From contig NC_087437.1 in the NCBI RefSeq assembly GCF_036321535.1, positions 43,030,001 through 43,094,000 on the forward strand: a stretch of DNA of 64,000 nt. Reading direction: 5' to 3'. The notes beneath the pieces are model-generated. The model saw only the letters and a program-made list of their open reading frames with translations, made no database searches and was not told the DNA's origin. Positions 38,131 to 51,855 of the stretch are shown one piece after another; positions within the stretch are counted from its first letter, which is position 1, and every line of letters begins with the position of its first letter. This DNA is from Camelus dromedarius (lineage: Eukaryota). The translations under genes were made by a program, and so were the position numbers.

Positions 38131-41100
38131 TTGTTTCACAGCTCTTAAGAAAAGCTCATCTTTATTTGCAGAAGGAAAATCAATTTCATCAGATATAATT
38201 AAAATTAATCACCCAAATGAGTGAATATTAATTGACTCAGGAAACTAAAAGTTGCTTTGGAATCCAGAAAAGCATATTATTCTGAACCAATTTTGGAGCC
38301 CACATAAGTTCAGAACAATTACATATTAAGGACTGATTTATTTAAAATATGCATAGAGATATGCTAAATAAATTAATGCACTCCCTTCCCTTTATAAGCT
38401 TATACGTCAGCTCCATAATTTTAGTTGACTTTTCCTATTTAAGGCCAGTTCGTTAAATTTTAAACCTCAGACACTAAACTGCATTAGAATAAAATGGAGC
38501 TAAATAAATGGTAAGATATAAAATGATGTATTTACTACATTTTAATCTTTTAAAGAAAAACATCGAATATTTTTCAGTGGTTTCTGTTTACAGATTATGA
38601 AATGTATGTAGATATTTCTATGGTTTTAGCACTGAAGTCTTTTTATTAAGTATGAACTAATTGAAAGGCAGCTCTTCAATGTCATCTAAAGCACTCATCG
38701 TCTCAGTGCTCATTTCAGGAATTCCAGATACATCAGACATTCTGGTGTTAAAGAGGAGCTTCCCCAAACTTTCTTCCTGGATTTGTGTGTGTATATGTGG
38801 TTCTTGAATCTGAATTCTGAAACAAGCACAATGCTGTTTCTTTTTCTTTTTTGAGATTAAATAGCAAAATATGAAACTCCTGTCTCCCAAGAATTCTCCA
38901 GTGGAACAGTTGTTTCGTATTTCTTCAGACTTGTGGAGGCTTGTCTAAAGACGATAAAAACAGTAAGAAATTGTTTCTACAAGCCCAACTGTTAGGAACT
39001 ATCTGAGAGACTAGGTTTGCCACCACCTTCTCCTTCTTCTTCTTCAGCACAGCTCTAAGTCATGTGGTTCATGTGCAACTTGAACTAGAAAAATGGATGT
39101 TCTGTGTATTGGTACATTCTAGCCACTGATCCTAGCCACATAATCCAATAATATTTAACATCTTTTTTTGAAGTTTAAATTTTAAAAAGACAGCTAGCAC
39201 ATAACATACTAGATGATAATAGCAAATAAATAATAAAGGTGAACGGGAGATGGGCTGGAATTCCTCTTTTTAGGCTAGTAGAGAATATAATGTTGATACT
39301 ATAAAAGTAGATGGAGAATATGAAATATGAAAAAGGAAGTTGTTTTAAAAATTAACCTGAATATTTCACAACCACTGACCCAGTGGTCCTGGCATGTGCC
39401 AGGGTGCTAAAGCAGAAGAGGCAGCTTAAGTGCATTTGTCATGGCTGAACAATATTTTTCTCTGTCAAGAATAACCAATACTTTCTAGTCCCTCATTCCA
39501 TTTTCTTTTGGCAGTGAAATGGAAAGGGGGAAACTTTGGCCCACTCTATGGTTTCTACAGGCAGTTCCTACATAAAACTTTGGTAAACTTTGTAGGTGGT
39601 AGATCCACTTTTAGAAGGTTGATAATGATTGAAATAAAAATAAAGAAAACTCCACACTACAAAAAAAATTTGAAGCTGTAGCCAGTAAATGAAGGGCAAG
39701 TTACCCAGTTACATAAATATTCTCTACTAATTGAGTGGATGACTCTTAAGAACTACTGAGAAACCTGAAGAGTTCACTTAGAAAATTAATTACATTTGCT
39801 CTACCTTATCCAGATACATATTTTTTTGTCATAATTTTTAAAAAGAACATGGTATCCTTGATCAGCTGTTCCAATTTTGCTACATAATAACACAAAATTT
39901 GGTAGTTTGGGGTAAAGAAATGGAAACCCTCAGTTAGCCCTGAAAGTTGTAAGCACAGTGCCTAATGTGTGTGACAAGAAGTAGCACTGGGTTCCCTAAA
40001 GCTCATCGCCATGGAAAAACTGATGTTGCATTCACTAGAGCTTTGCTGCGCCTGTCCCTTGAAAGCCTAACATTCAGGGGGAGCTAATACATTTGTAGCA
40101 GATTCTTTCTATGATTTGAAGACATTTAAATAGAGTTAAATGTTATTCTACATTAACCGATTTTTTAAAAAGGAAATTACCTCACACTCTTAATTGAAAG
40201 CAAAATGAAAAGGGCAATCCGTTTTTAATGATTTGTTGAAATTTAACACATGGTATTCCCAAATGCAAATTTTCCATCTCTTTTTCTTTATTTATAGAAA
40301 TTTATAGAAATACAAAAAAAAAACCTTAAAACTTTTAAAGTTTTAATTTTTAATATTTCCAATTTGCAAAGCTGAGAAAAAAATTTTTAAGAAAATTAAC
40401 ATAGAACACTCATGATGAATCTAGGGTGTCCTCTTTAATGCCTTTAAAAGGTAATTTAAAACATTTTGAGGTAGCTAACCTCTTAATCTTGTAGGATAGC
40501 AACATTCTCAGTTGTTCCTAAGAAGAATAACTCCTTAATAGTAACAGGTTTGATTATTTTTGCTTTGTTATTAATGGCATTGCATTGACAATGTCAAATA
40601 TTGCTATGTTGCTATAAAAGGATATGAATTATTTCTGCCTTGAATATCCCCCCCCCAAAGAAACCCCCACCTATTTGGTAGCAAACGTGTGAAAAAAGAA
40701 AAACTGCCAACTTGAAGCTTAACTGAAGTCAGGGAAAAATAGTAAATCACTCCAGGCATTTGAAATTATTAGACATTAAACTTTTGGGGGATTTTATATG
40801 AATTCTTTTTATAATAGTCAATATAATCTCTTCTGTGCCTATTTCCGTTGCATGTAAGAGAAATTCTAGTCAATGGCAAAACGCTTTACTGCTGCCATTA
40901 CTGCAGACTTTATAGATCAGAGATGTGTCAGCATGTTAGCTTTAGCAGTAATGCCTCTTTTGTGTGAAACCTTATGGGCCTTGCAAGCACTCTCTCATCC
41001 TGACACTCATAAAACGTTCAATCCCCATATTTATTATTTAATATTCTCCCTATATATAGCAGCAGAACACTTCAATATATGAATGTGTAGCCAAAAAATA

Positions 41101-44100
41101 ATGGGCGTGAATGGGACTAATGAGTTTTAATAAATACACATATTAGGGTCAGCTAAAGGAAGTTTAATTAAGACAAACAAGTTGAGCATGAAATTCATTT
41201 TGGAACAAATGCAAGTTAAGTTATTGCTACAGATGTAAAATAAAAAAAACCACAGGGATGCTTCTCAGGAAAAAAGTTCCAGGCTGAGATTAGACCTACT
41301 TAATGCAGTTGACCTCTTAGGACCTGCCTTTAACTTGATGAGCTTGGGTCTGACTTATGAAGTTGGAGAATATATTCTACTTTTTCACAATGTTTTTACT
41401 TTTCTGTAGCAATTTTGGCTTAGTATGTTAACTTTGTATCCAGGCATGCTTTTTGTATTAGTTTCCTTGAGACGGGACTTTCATTTTCCTGTGGTCTACT
41501 TTTCTAATACCGCATATACCTGCAGTTAGAGCTACCTGCTAAAACCCACGCCATCCCTTTGTGCTGTGAGTGGTGCTTCAGTAAGAGAACTGCTGATATG
41601 GCAATTACCTGCACCCATAATTCCGTTTAATCTTTGACATAATTTAGAAAAGCTATTTATCTGTTGGCTTGCTTATTTATTTATTTGGTAGTAGCATTGT
41701 ATATTGGGGCAGAAGTTGGAGAAGAGATAGGGTATAGGGCAAATATTTCCTTAGAATGTGGTTTTCTTAGATTTTGTCTGTATTTAAGTAACATAGGTAC
41801 ATTCTGGAAAGTGTGAAGAAGTCAGGCAATAAAATGAAGGTCTTACATATGCTCCTCAACAACTGCCTTTTGGGAAACATCTGATTGATGTACTAATTTA
41901 TTCCTTATATAGACCTTTGGCATCACTTCTGTGTAACAGTAGTTTTTTCTTCCTTGAAACACCCAATGAATGTTGAGTCTTCAGAAAAAAAGAGATTAGT
42001 TGTAACATTTCAAAGTGAATTGAAAATCTTGTTGTCTTTTTAAAATAATCATGGTGAAGACTTACATATTGTCATATAGAATGTTCACCATGTTTGGAAA
42101 TTCAACATGGTCACACATTAAATCAGTGAATACTGAATTGATAAAAATTAGCTTGGAATTATCACTAGCTTAAGTTTTTCTCATAGGGCAACCATTCCTC
42201 TTATGACAGAACTGACCAGGAAAACAGTGATTACTACGTATCACATTGACCAACATTTGTCACAATATTCACACCTGAAAGTAACACTTAAGCCATTTAA
42301 TAGTTAACCACAACTCTAAAAGGAATAAAGTTCATTTCAGTAACTGTTACGTTTCAAGTCAATGCATCTGTTACTTTTAATTTAAATTAATATTAGTTAG
42401 CTGTCCATAACTTTGCACACAAGTGACATTATCTGTCTTTTCTCTTACCGGTTTAAAAAAAAAAAAGGTTACTAGTTTCATTACCTCTTTAACTGTGCCA
42501 AGTGTTCTAATGAGTATGTTGCTTGAGACTGATGCCAAAAGCTTCTATTATTTAGAGCTGTGGTATTTAGTAATAACTCTGAGGGGTTATTTAATATACA
42601 AAAGTAAGACATTTTACATGCCCCAATAATACAGTAGTAGTAGTCCATGTAACCTCAGTGACAGCAGGGTTTTTATCTGGCTGTTCAAAGCTATGTGTTT
42701 CTCCCCAGCATCTAGAACAGTACTTTGCATATTATCAGTGACCAATAAATATTGTCAAATGAATGAAGATTTGTTCTAGCCTTGGATGTTAACAACTAAA
42801 TATGTAACCTCTTGCTTAATACCTGGTCTCTTTTTTTTGCTTTTAATTTTTTCTTAACATAAATCAATTATTATTTGAATTGACAGATATTTTAAAGCGA
42901 TGTGCAAATTCCAAAAGTAGAAATGAATACATATGAAAGATTGCATTTTAATCAAAGGCAAATAATAATTGAAACATTTTAGTGAAATTTTATATGGTTT
43001 ATTGACTTTTTAAAATAAATTATTTTATCAAGACTTACAAGTGTAATAGGATTATTTATGTTTATAATTTATCAAAATGTGCATTAGAGCTATTTTCTGC
43101 CGTGTAGAAAATGTGGTATCTCAAGGAACTTTGGAAGCATTGAAAATTATTTCAAACATTTAGAACATAAATATTAAGATCTAAAATATAATGACATTTG
43201 GCATTTTGGTCATAACTAAGATTTTTGTTTTTTTAAACACTTTGTAGTTATAAGTTCCCTATTATTCAAATTTATTTAAGTGGTGAATTCATTTAAATTT
43301 GTGTTCCATGTGTATAGTAATTTCTTGTGAATATATATGCTCATTGATGTTTTATTACGCAAATGGCCCATGAATAGAGCGTTGTTTTGAATTTTGTTAT
43401 TATTAGTACTAATAGAGCTATAATATGAAGGGAAAATAAAAGATGTAGATATCTGAAGAAGATTGCAAATGTAATATTCTTTCCCCTCTGGGGCCCTGGT
43501 TTAGCTCGCAGTCAGGTCAAGAGTGATAGGAACCACTGATGTTGTTTGGTACCTTACATGAAAGGAGTTGGCAGTCTTCATCCAGTTTCTAGCAGACAGT
43601 GACTCCTTAAACAATGGCAAGTGTAGTATTTGCCAATCCCAGCAGAAGCCTAGGACTGAATGGGCACAAAGGTTTAACTGCCCCCTCTCTGCTAATCATC
43701 CTCCAAGAGGTCAAGATTGACTCACCCTGGCACAGGGCCATACTGAGAAACTTAGCACTGCCTCTGCCAAACTTATAGCTATCCTCTGGCAGCAAGGGAT
43801 GTTTTAAAGAGGACTTTAATTAAGCAGGACACCAGGAATGGCAAGTCTTCACTCTTCCCAGGCACAGCAACTCACCAGAAACAAAACTAGGTTTAAATAG
43901 TGAGTTGAGAATGTAGCACTGCTCTTAGGTTGTACTGTTTTCTCCATAAAGATCCTGGCAGGCATAGTTAAGTTGCTTCTGGACAGTATGACTTGCAACC
44001 CAAAGGTGGCCCTTTTCAGACAAAAGCATCACTTTAATACCAAGGGAAGCGATCGGTTCTACCTGGCTATCTCTCCTAAGCTCTTGAATGATTATTCATT

Positions 44101-44899
44101 TTCTTCTGGGGGATCTCAGCATCGTTAATTGGTTTTTAAAATGTGTCCTGCAGTTTCTTACATATACATCAAAACTGTTGCCCACACTTTTGTTTTTTAA
44201 CAACCTATTTTATCAATTCCTGCCGTTCTCACCCTGTTAACCTTCTTGCTCATTTGGAAGTCAAGACTTCTCATTAGATTTTACATTTAACAGTTGATAT
44301 TTGGAGATTCTGTCTGAGAATAGGGTCAGAATAAACAGAAAGTAAAACTTATTTTATATAGTTAAATGTTAAATGGATTGTTTCGGCTTCATCCCCAAAA
44401 CAGAACAAACGAGAAACTCACCATTGTTTAGCCGTTTGTTGTAATGATGGTCTTAGCAGAAGTGTTCAGTTGTAGAAGGAAATGCTGTCACTTTCATCTG
44501 TTTTCCATTGTGTTGTCGGAAAGCTGCTGTGGCATCTTAGCATCCCATTTTTGGCCAAACAATAATGGAAGTAGCCACCAGTCTTTATGGCCATCCATGT
44601 GCACCCCTGCATGAAGAGGAATTTTCATTGTACTTCAGTTTGTTTTCACCTCTTCTCTGTTTTACCCCCTTTTGCTGCAACTATAATTAAGATAATGCCT
44701 TCCCAGAGGTCAGGCATCACCAATGAATAAATAAAGTCTGAGGGTGGAGTTAATTGATGAAAAATAATATAATAAATGAATGGGTTATTTATTCCAGAAA
44801 TATTCTCTGATGACCTACAATGTAATGAGTCGTTCTGGGGATAGTTGTTACAAATCAATGATTCAAATGGCTAATCTGATTGTTATTTTTGTGATTATA

Positions 44900-45380
44900 A
44901 TTATTCTCATCATGCTTGGGATAAGATCTCACATCCTTAATTTTTTGACCTAGGCGTTCTTGAATTGTCAGTTCCTCTCCAGCCTGATGCCCCACCCTTC
45001 TCTGAACACACTGATCTCTTTGTTCATTGAAAGTCCCAAGCTTCACAGCACTTACTTAGGTTTCCTCTTGCTTCTGTCTGACACACTTTCCCCCTGCCAA
45101 CTTCTGCTCATCTTTCAGATCTCAGTTTACAGATCACTTCTTCAGGAAGACCATCCTTCGCACTCCAGACTCATGAACTCGCCCCTCAGAGCACCCTGTA
45201 TCGTCATTCTTGGCAAAGCATTTATGACTATATCGTCATCTGTGTGATTGCTTCACATGAAGTTTGTCTTCCCTACTGAACTTCAGTCTCTGTGAGAGTT
45301 ATCACCATGCCTGTCTGTTCATCTTGGCCTCTCCAGGGCCCGGCACTAAATGATGTAAGAATGTAAGAGTGAAGAAGGAA
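44900..45380 (+). mobile_element. LINE-2 3' remnant
   Basis: ctcatctttcagatctcagtttacagatcacttcttcaggaagaccatcc...tgtcttccctactgaac, ending in a purine-rich tail. Confidence 0.7.
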
Positions 45381-46809
45381 TCTGAGTTTACAAATTACAG
45401 AGATAGGAAGTACTGCAGGAAGTTCAGTTACAAGAAAGATAACAAGTGCTTTGGGAGCTGAGGGAAGGGAGTGCTTTTGTGGCTGGGAGGATCTGGAGAG
45501 CAGTGCTGACATTTAATCCAGGCCTTGAGGGCTTTCAGCGGGAGTCTTCCAGGCAAAATCTGAGGGGGTGGAGTATTCTCCAGGACAGAAGATCTTGGTA
45601 AACAAGTTGGACTCAATTCACTGACCACTGCTCCCAGTGCTGTGTTGTGTTTGTTTTTATTAGTATCGTTCACAAAGATAGTTTGCCACCAAGTATAACC
45701 TCTGCTGTATACTCATGAATTTTTTCCTTACTGCTCTTTAAAATATTTTGTTGGTCAATTTTTTTCTCCTATTACTGTCAAATTTTAGTTTGCTTTTTCT
45801 CCTTGACATTGTTTTCTCTGTTATTTACTTGTATCATGGGAGTTCACTGAGATTGGAAGGAGCCCAAGGAGAGAGAGAGCAAGTAGAACCCCACTTACAT
45901 TTTCTGCAGAAGAAAGGAAGAGAGATTGGGATGTGACCTGGGTACCCACCGAGTCCTGCCTCCCCTTCCTCCAAGAAGGAGGCCCTGGACAAAGCTGAGG
46001 AGGAGGCAGGGTTTTTATTTAGAGTGTATTAATTCTTCTGCCTTATTTCTTTCTATTTGTTGGAACTCACTATGTTCATAAAATTGTGTTCTTGTTTTAT
46101 TGAAAAATGTTTCAGTGGCTTTGTGTTTCTGATCTTTAGTTTAATTACCTGTTACACAGAGATGATAATTATCTCTACCTCATGGTATTTAGAGACAATT
46201 AGATGAAATGATGTAGTTAGCTCACTGGCCCCAGTCCATGTGCCTTAGTGCTAGCATTAATCAAGTTATTAATTGATTAATGATGGTCAAGGCAGAATAT
46301 ACTTGTCACCACATTTGTTTTTAATAGCTACGTGTTGGTATGGCCACAACATGGGCTATGATAGCCCTTGAACTTCTACATGATTAAGGTCTTGAGCTTT
46401 GATAGTCCCATCTTCATGTTGGGTTCTGATTGTTTCTTTTTTTCCTTGTACACTTCTGGTACTGCTTACCTTTCTACCCAAATTTAGTTAATCTGTTGAA
46501 CACTAGAATTACCATTTCTCATAACTTTTGCTTCTTAAAATTCTACCATTCTTGCTTTGCTTATGCCCAGTTCTAACATCTATCATTTACTCTCTGCCCC
46601 AGATTATAGGGTATTACTGGAAAAACTCTCAGTACCACATTATTTGGAACTGCTCCAAATTATGCCAATTAATTAACCCCAGCAAACTGACCAACCACCT
46701 TCCTGTGTGCCTCCTGTTGATGTCCTGTGTGTTTCACTCTCCACAAAACTCTCAAACTGAGCATGTGACTTTATTGAGCTAGCCTCATTCAGGAGCAAAG
46801 CAAAATGTC

Positions 46810-47040
46810 ATGCATCATAAAGGTTCAGGGCATGTTCTTTGCAGTTAGGCAGTCTTTTTTTTTTTTTTTTTTAAGCTTTGTGGCCTTAAGAAAGTTATCT
46901 AACCACCTAAAGCCTCATTTTCCTCATCGCAGATAAAAATACTTGGCTTATAAGTTTGTTGTGAGGACTGGATGACATGAAATGTATAAAGTGCTTTGGA
47001 CAGGGCTTGGCAAGTAGTTGGTGATCTATAGTAGTAGCTG
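46810..47040 (+). mobile_element. MIR SINE
   Basis: tgtggccttaagaaagttatctaaccacctaaagcctcattttcctcatc...gttgtgaggactggatgacatgaaatgtataaagtgcttt. Confidence 0.75.
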
Positions 47041-48267
47041 TTTGTGATATCATTTTCACAAAAATTTGGATATATTCAGCTATACTTCAAACTGAACATA
47101 AAAATAAAATTATTTCTAATTTCTTTCCCACCAATTCATTCACTAAGGTAATGGTTTCCACACCTTTGTGGTCATATCATGCTCTGTTTTTGAAAACCAA
47201 ATCATAAAAAGTATAAAATATATACTTATGTATTCTTATATAAATACCTCTATCATCAGGTTGCAAAACATACACAAAAATAGACATTAAATGATGAGAA
47301 AGATAAAGTCAGTATTTTTTAACATCTTGTAAACTTGATGCCTTCATTCCATCATTTGATAGCTCAAGATGTAGAGGTACTCGGGGCACAGTTCACAGCT
47401 ACTAAAATGGATATGAATTTGCACTTCAAAGTTATCTTCTTGGTGCTTTCAAACGCTTTTGTCTGCTTGTTGTTGTATATGATCCCATAGCCATTATTTT
47501 CAGCCTTGCGCAGTAGCTAAAGGAGAGCTTGTACTGGAAGTAGGAGACGTTTCATTTCTGTTCCTTTCTTGTCCTTATGATCCTAGTACTAGGATTTCAT
47601 TTCATCTATATTTATCTTGTGGGAAAAACTTAATTCACTAGTCCATTTTGTGAGGGTTACATTAATTATAACATGATGAAAAATAGATAAATCTGCTTAT
47701 TCAGTGGTGTTAGCTCTAATACCTCACCAAACAGTGAAAAGGAACAGTAACAATAACAAAATGCCACTCACTGTTGGTAAAGCCACCACAGTGTAGAACC
47801 ATCACCTTCCCAAGAACATCACAAGCACTGTGTGCACCACACAGCCATGTAAAGACACTGGCATGAAACCATGTATTCATATAAGCAAAGCTTAATTTCT
47901 TTCTCTTTTTTGCTTTACATGAAAAATTAGAATACATAGAAAGTCAACAATTTACTTCCCTTCTCTCATCTGGTCCTCTTGTGGTGAGGTATAAACACAC
48001 TGCTTTAGAGAGCTCTGCTGCACAGTACTGCCAGTTTAATTTTCTTATAAATAGATTTGAGAATACTCTTCCCCTGCTAAGACTATTTAATGGCTTTTCA
48101 TCATCTAACGAACACAATTCAAACTCTTTAGCCTTTTAAAGAAGGGCTTGCTTGATTTGGCTATAACCTGTCTTTCCAGTCTCACCCAGTGCTCAACCTC
48201 TCATTTACTCTGTGTTGTGGCCAGTCTAAACTGTGCCCTCCCCAAATGTGGCTGCCTGTTTCCTTTC

Positions 48268-48525
48268 TGTCATAGGTCAGGTTTCCAAGAGAAAAAGAAA
48301 AAGACTCTGAGATGGAGATTTGCCTGGAAAAAATTTATTGGGACATACCATTGGGAAAAACATCTGGGAGGGAGTCAGAATGACAACCATCTCCTCCCTC
48401 TGCCCCTTTCCACATGGAGCTTTGGGACTGGGCTGGCCCTGCAGATTTGGTCTGCAGTGAGGCAAGAAGACCAGACCTTTCTACGCTGGTGTGGACTTGC
48501 CACTCGGAATATGGGAGGTTGAGCA
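48268..48525 (-). mobile_element. ERVL LTR fragment (LTR16-like) inside an L2 remnant (about 48030-48720)
   Basis: ggtcaggtttcc...agactctgagatggagatttgcctggaaaaaatttattggga. Confidence 0.55.
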
Positions 48526-48779
48526 CCACACTATCCATTACATGTCTTTCCCACTGTTTCTAGAATGTGCCCTCTACCTGGAATTCCTTCTGTGACTATC
48601 AGTGTTGGTCTAATTCTTTGAGGACCAGTTCATATTCCTCCTGATTCATGAACTCTTTCCTAATCCACTGACTCGAGGTAAATCTGTCTTTTCTTTTGAA
48701 GCCTAACAGCATTTTTTTCCCTGATTGCATTCGTTTATTCTTCTCATTTTTAATTACTTACTGTGTGAATTAATCACAC

Positions 48780-49290
48780 ATTAGTTACTTTAAGTGTTCA
48801 GTTACTGAAAGGCCTTACAGGACTCAAAATAGTTTATACTCTTTGGACAGCTTTACTATAGGCAAATAATATGATAGAGCAACAGCAGGAGAAAAGTATG
48901 CATTGAATGGGGTCTGGAAATCTCAGACTCAGGCTTCTTTGTTCTCCCACTGCTGGGTCCCACCGGTTACCCCTTATCTCCAGGTCTTGAACCACCACCA
49001 GTGTGCATGTGAGACATCTTGATAGAGCAAGGCCACAGTCTGCTGGTGGTCAGGTTCACTTATGGTGAGCTGGTCCCATAAGCACATTTCAGTTACATGG
49101 CCGGGCTTGGCCACTGAAATGAAAACTGTCACATTCCACTGAAACCAGTTATTAGTAAATGCAGTTATTAAATTGTTATTACTAGGTCCAATTCTCAAAT
49201 CCCATTACTATTACTAAGTGCTGTTGACAGGCTATGTTCTGACCTCAAAACAGCTGATAGATTTACAGGTACAAAACATTTTTTGTCTTT
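48780..49290 (-). mobile_element. LTR fragment (MER21/MER77-like)
   Basis: gaaaggccttacaggactcaaaatagtttatactc...tctggaaatctcagactcaggcttc. Confidence 0.45.
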
Positions 49291-49297
49291 AGTTGAT

Positions 49298-49967
49298 CAG
49301 TCAATCTTCGTTATTCCTGTATCTGAATGTGCAAATTTGCCTATTCAGTAAAATTTATTTGTAACCCCAAAGTCAATACTCACAGAGCCTTTGCAGTCAT
49401 TCACAGACATGAGCCAAGATGCAAAAAATGTGAGTCACCCCATGAGCACGTTTCCTGCTGAGGTGGAGCAAGGTGATGGTCTGACTTCTTGTTTCAGCTC
49501 CACTCAGAGATGGACAGAGGATGGAGATGGTAGGGAGTGCGATATAGAGCAAGAGTCTCCAGCTCTGGGGCCAGTCGGAGTGGGTGTGAGTCCCAGCGCT
49601 GGCATCTGTTAGCGAGGTGACCTCAGACACGTCACTAGGCACTTCTGAACTTTGTTTTCTCTTTTTTTAAAATAAAGAAAATGGAGTCTACTAGGATGAA
49701 TTGCTTTAGGGTTGAAGATTAGAATTTATAGCTATGTGAAATATGTGTATGTATATTTGTGTGTGTGTGCACGCATGTACACATGCACACATGAATGTAT
49801 GTGTGTGTATGCCTATACCCACATATATACAGGTACATATACATATATACACGTTCATGTGTATGTATACGTACACACACGCATTTCCCTCAGAGCAGTG
49901 GATCTGCATTCCCTAATTCGCAGTGACTTTATAGAACATAACTATGATGAATAACAACCATCAATTG
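49298..49967. mobile_element. TcMar-Tigger non-autonomous element (MER82-like) containing a MIR-like segment and a TG/CA/TA microsatellite
   Basis: Imperfect terminal inverted repeats cagtcaatcttcgttattc ... gaataacaaccatcaattg followed by TA; internal taaaatttatttgtaaccccaaagtcaatact. Confidence 0.7.
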
Positions 49968-50829
49968 TATAGCATTGGCCAAGCTCCATGCAGCTCTGGT
50001 GGTAAACGTGCAGTCAATCCAGATCAGCTGAGACTTATCTATGCCTGCTCTATGTAAGGGACTTTCACCTAGATTTTATGATAGATGTAAAGATATTAAA
50101 AAAAATAACAACACAAAATCCTTGCTCCTAAATAAGAAATCAGTAGGGGGAATTGGTTCTGCAATAAAAACAAAGGTAGAAAATATATAGGTAATAATTT
50201 TTAAAAAGACACATCAAAAGCTATGTAAAGTTAGAAGTTGGAAACATCCTCCTGGGTCCCACCTCCTTGTACTTCGTATGTATTTATTGAACACATGTCA
50301 CATTCCAACCTACAGTAGAGCCATTTTTTATGTGACTTATTTCTTTGCAATATTGTAGTTATTTGGGAGCAGTGACTAGATTGTACCTGTCTTTAAATCC
50401 TCATAACATTTAGTGCAACAGCATATACACTGTAGATACCAAATACATGTTTGTTGAGTGAACAAAAGGTTAGTTGGATGTGTCCACCCACTGTGATTAT
50501 TTAATGTCCCAGAGATTTCTCTCTACTCTCTCCAGCATCATCTTTGATCTGGGTCACTCAGGAACAAACTAGTTGATGGACCAACTGTTATGATGAATTA
50601 ATGCAAGGAGATAATATATTCCCATTTATGATGTCCTTATAAGTGTTATTTATTATTAATTTATTTATCTCAGTGGGGAGGTACATGCTTTAACCCAAAG
50701 GGAGAAAAAACGGGGGAATTTGTGAGCTAGTATCTCCACCTGCTGCAAAGTCAGGAAGCTAGTCCTGTGTGGATTTCTAGGCTCACCTACTTGTCTGAAC
50801 TGCTGAATAAGGCTTTTCTGACCTCATCA

Positions 50830-51340
50830 TTTTAATGGGTATATTATAAATTATTTCAAACATACAGAAAAATACAGATAATTTCATAACTAATATGTGT
50901 GTGTGTGTATTACCCAACACTATCAACTCTTAGATTTGTGAAACTTGTTGTAGTTAATTAATTATGATATTTTAAGGTTTCATCACAGATTATCATTCTT
51001 AGTTCCAATTAATCAATTAATAACATTAATTACTTGCTAGAACTAATTTCATACCCTTTCCTCCTTATCCATGGATAACAAATATTCTGTTATTACATAT
51101 TTATGCATCTGAATAATATGCAGTTTTGTTTTGCATATTTTAAGCTTTACTTAAATGGCATTTTACTGTACCTAATCTTCTGCAGTTTGTTTGCTTTGCT
51201 CAAAAATTTTGAGATTTATCTATGGCAATATATTTAGGTCTAAGTTCTTTATTTTCACTGAAGTATAGAATTTTAATTTGTGAATATATCATAATTCATT
51301 TATCAATATCTATTAATGGACATTTATGCAATTATGAACT
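50830..51340 (-). mobile_element. Ancient L1ME-like 3' remnant
   Basis: tataaattatttcaaacatacagaaaa and aaatggcattttactgtacctaatcttctgcagtttg...gagatttatctatg. Confidence 0.55.
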
Positions 51341-51622
51341 TAGGCTTTTTTTGATTACCTATTATTATTTTAACATGATCTTGCTTAAATACATATGAAC
51401 ACCCAATCACTGCATTCAGTGTAACAAGGTAAAAAAGGTAACAAAATAAAATCTAAAGTTCCAATAAGAACAGAGTAGGCCATTTAAAATTTCTCTGTTT
51501 TTATGAAATTGTCAGAGTATTTACCTAGATTCTATTTTCTGAAGGAACATAAAACACTTTGACAATTCAATTTTAAATGCACTAGGATCAAGTTTTTAAA
51601 ATGTGTTAATTGTGAAGTGAGA

Positions 51623-51855
51623 GACTGTATGGTGTGTAGTGATCAAGAGGCTGGCCTTTAAATTAGATGCCAGTGGGCTCCTGGATCTGCTATTGATTCA
51701 CTGAGAGACCTGGGCCACGGTACTTAACCTCTTTTAAGTCTCAGTTCCTTGTGAGTAAAAAGGCGATAACTGTTGAACCCAGTTTATAGGGTTGTTGTAA
51801 ATGAGGTGTAAATTCATAAAAGCTAAGGGTTTGGCAAATACTAAGGAAACACCAA
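51623..51855 (+). mobile_element. MIR SINE
   Basis: gagacctgggccacggtacttaacctcttttaagtctcagttcctt...tttatagggttgttgt. Confidence 0.7.
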
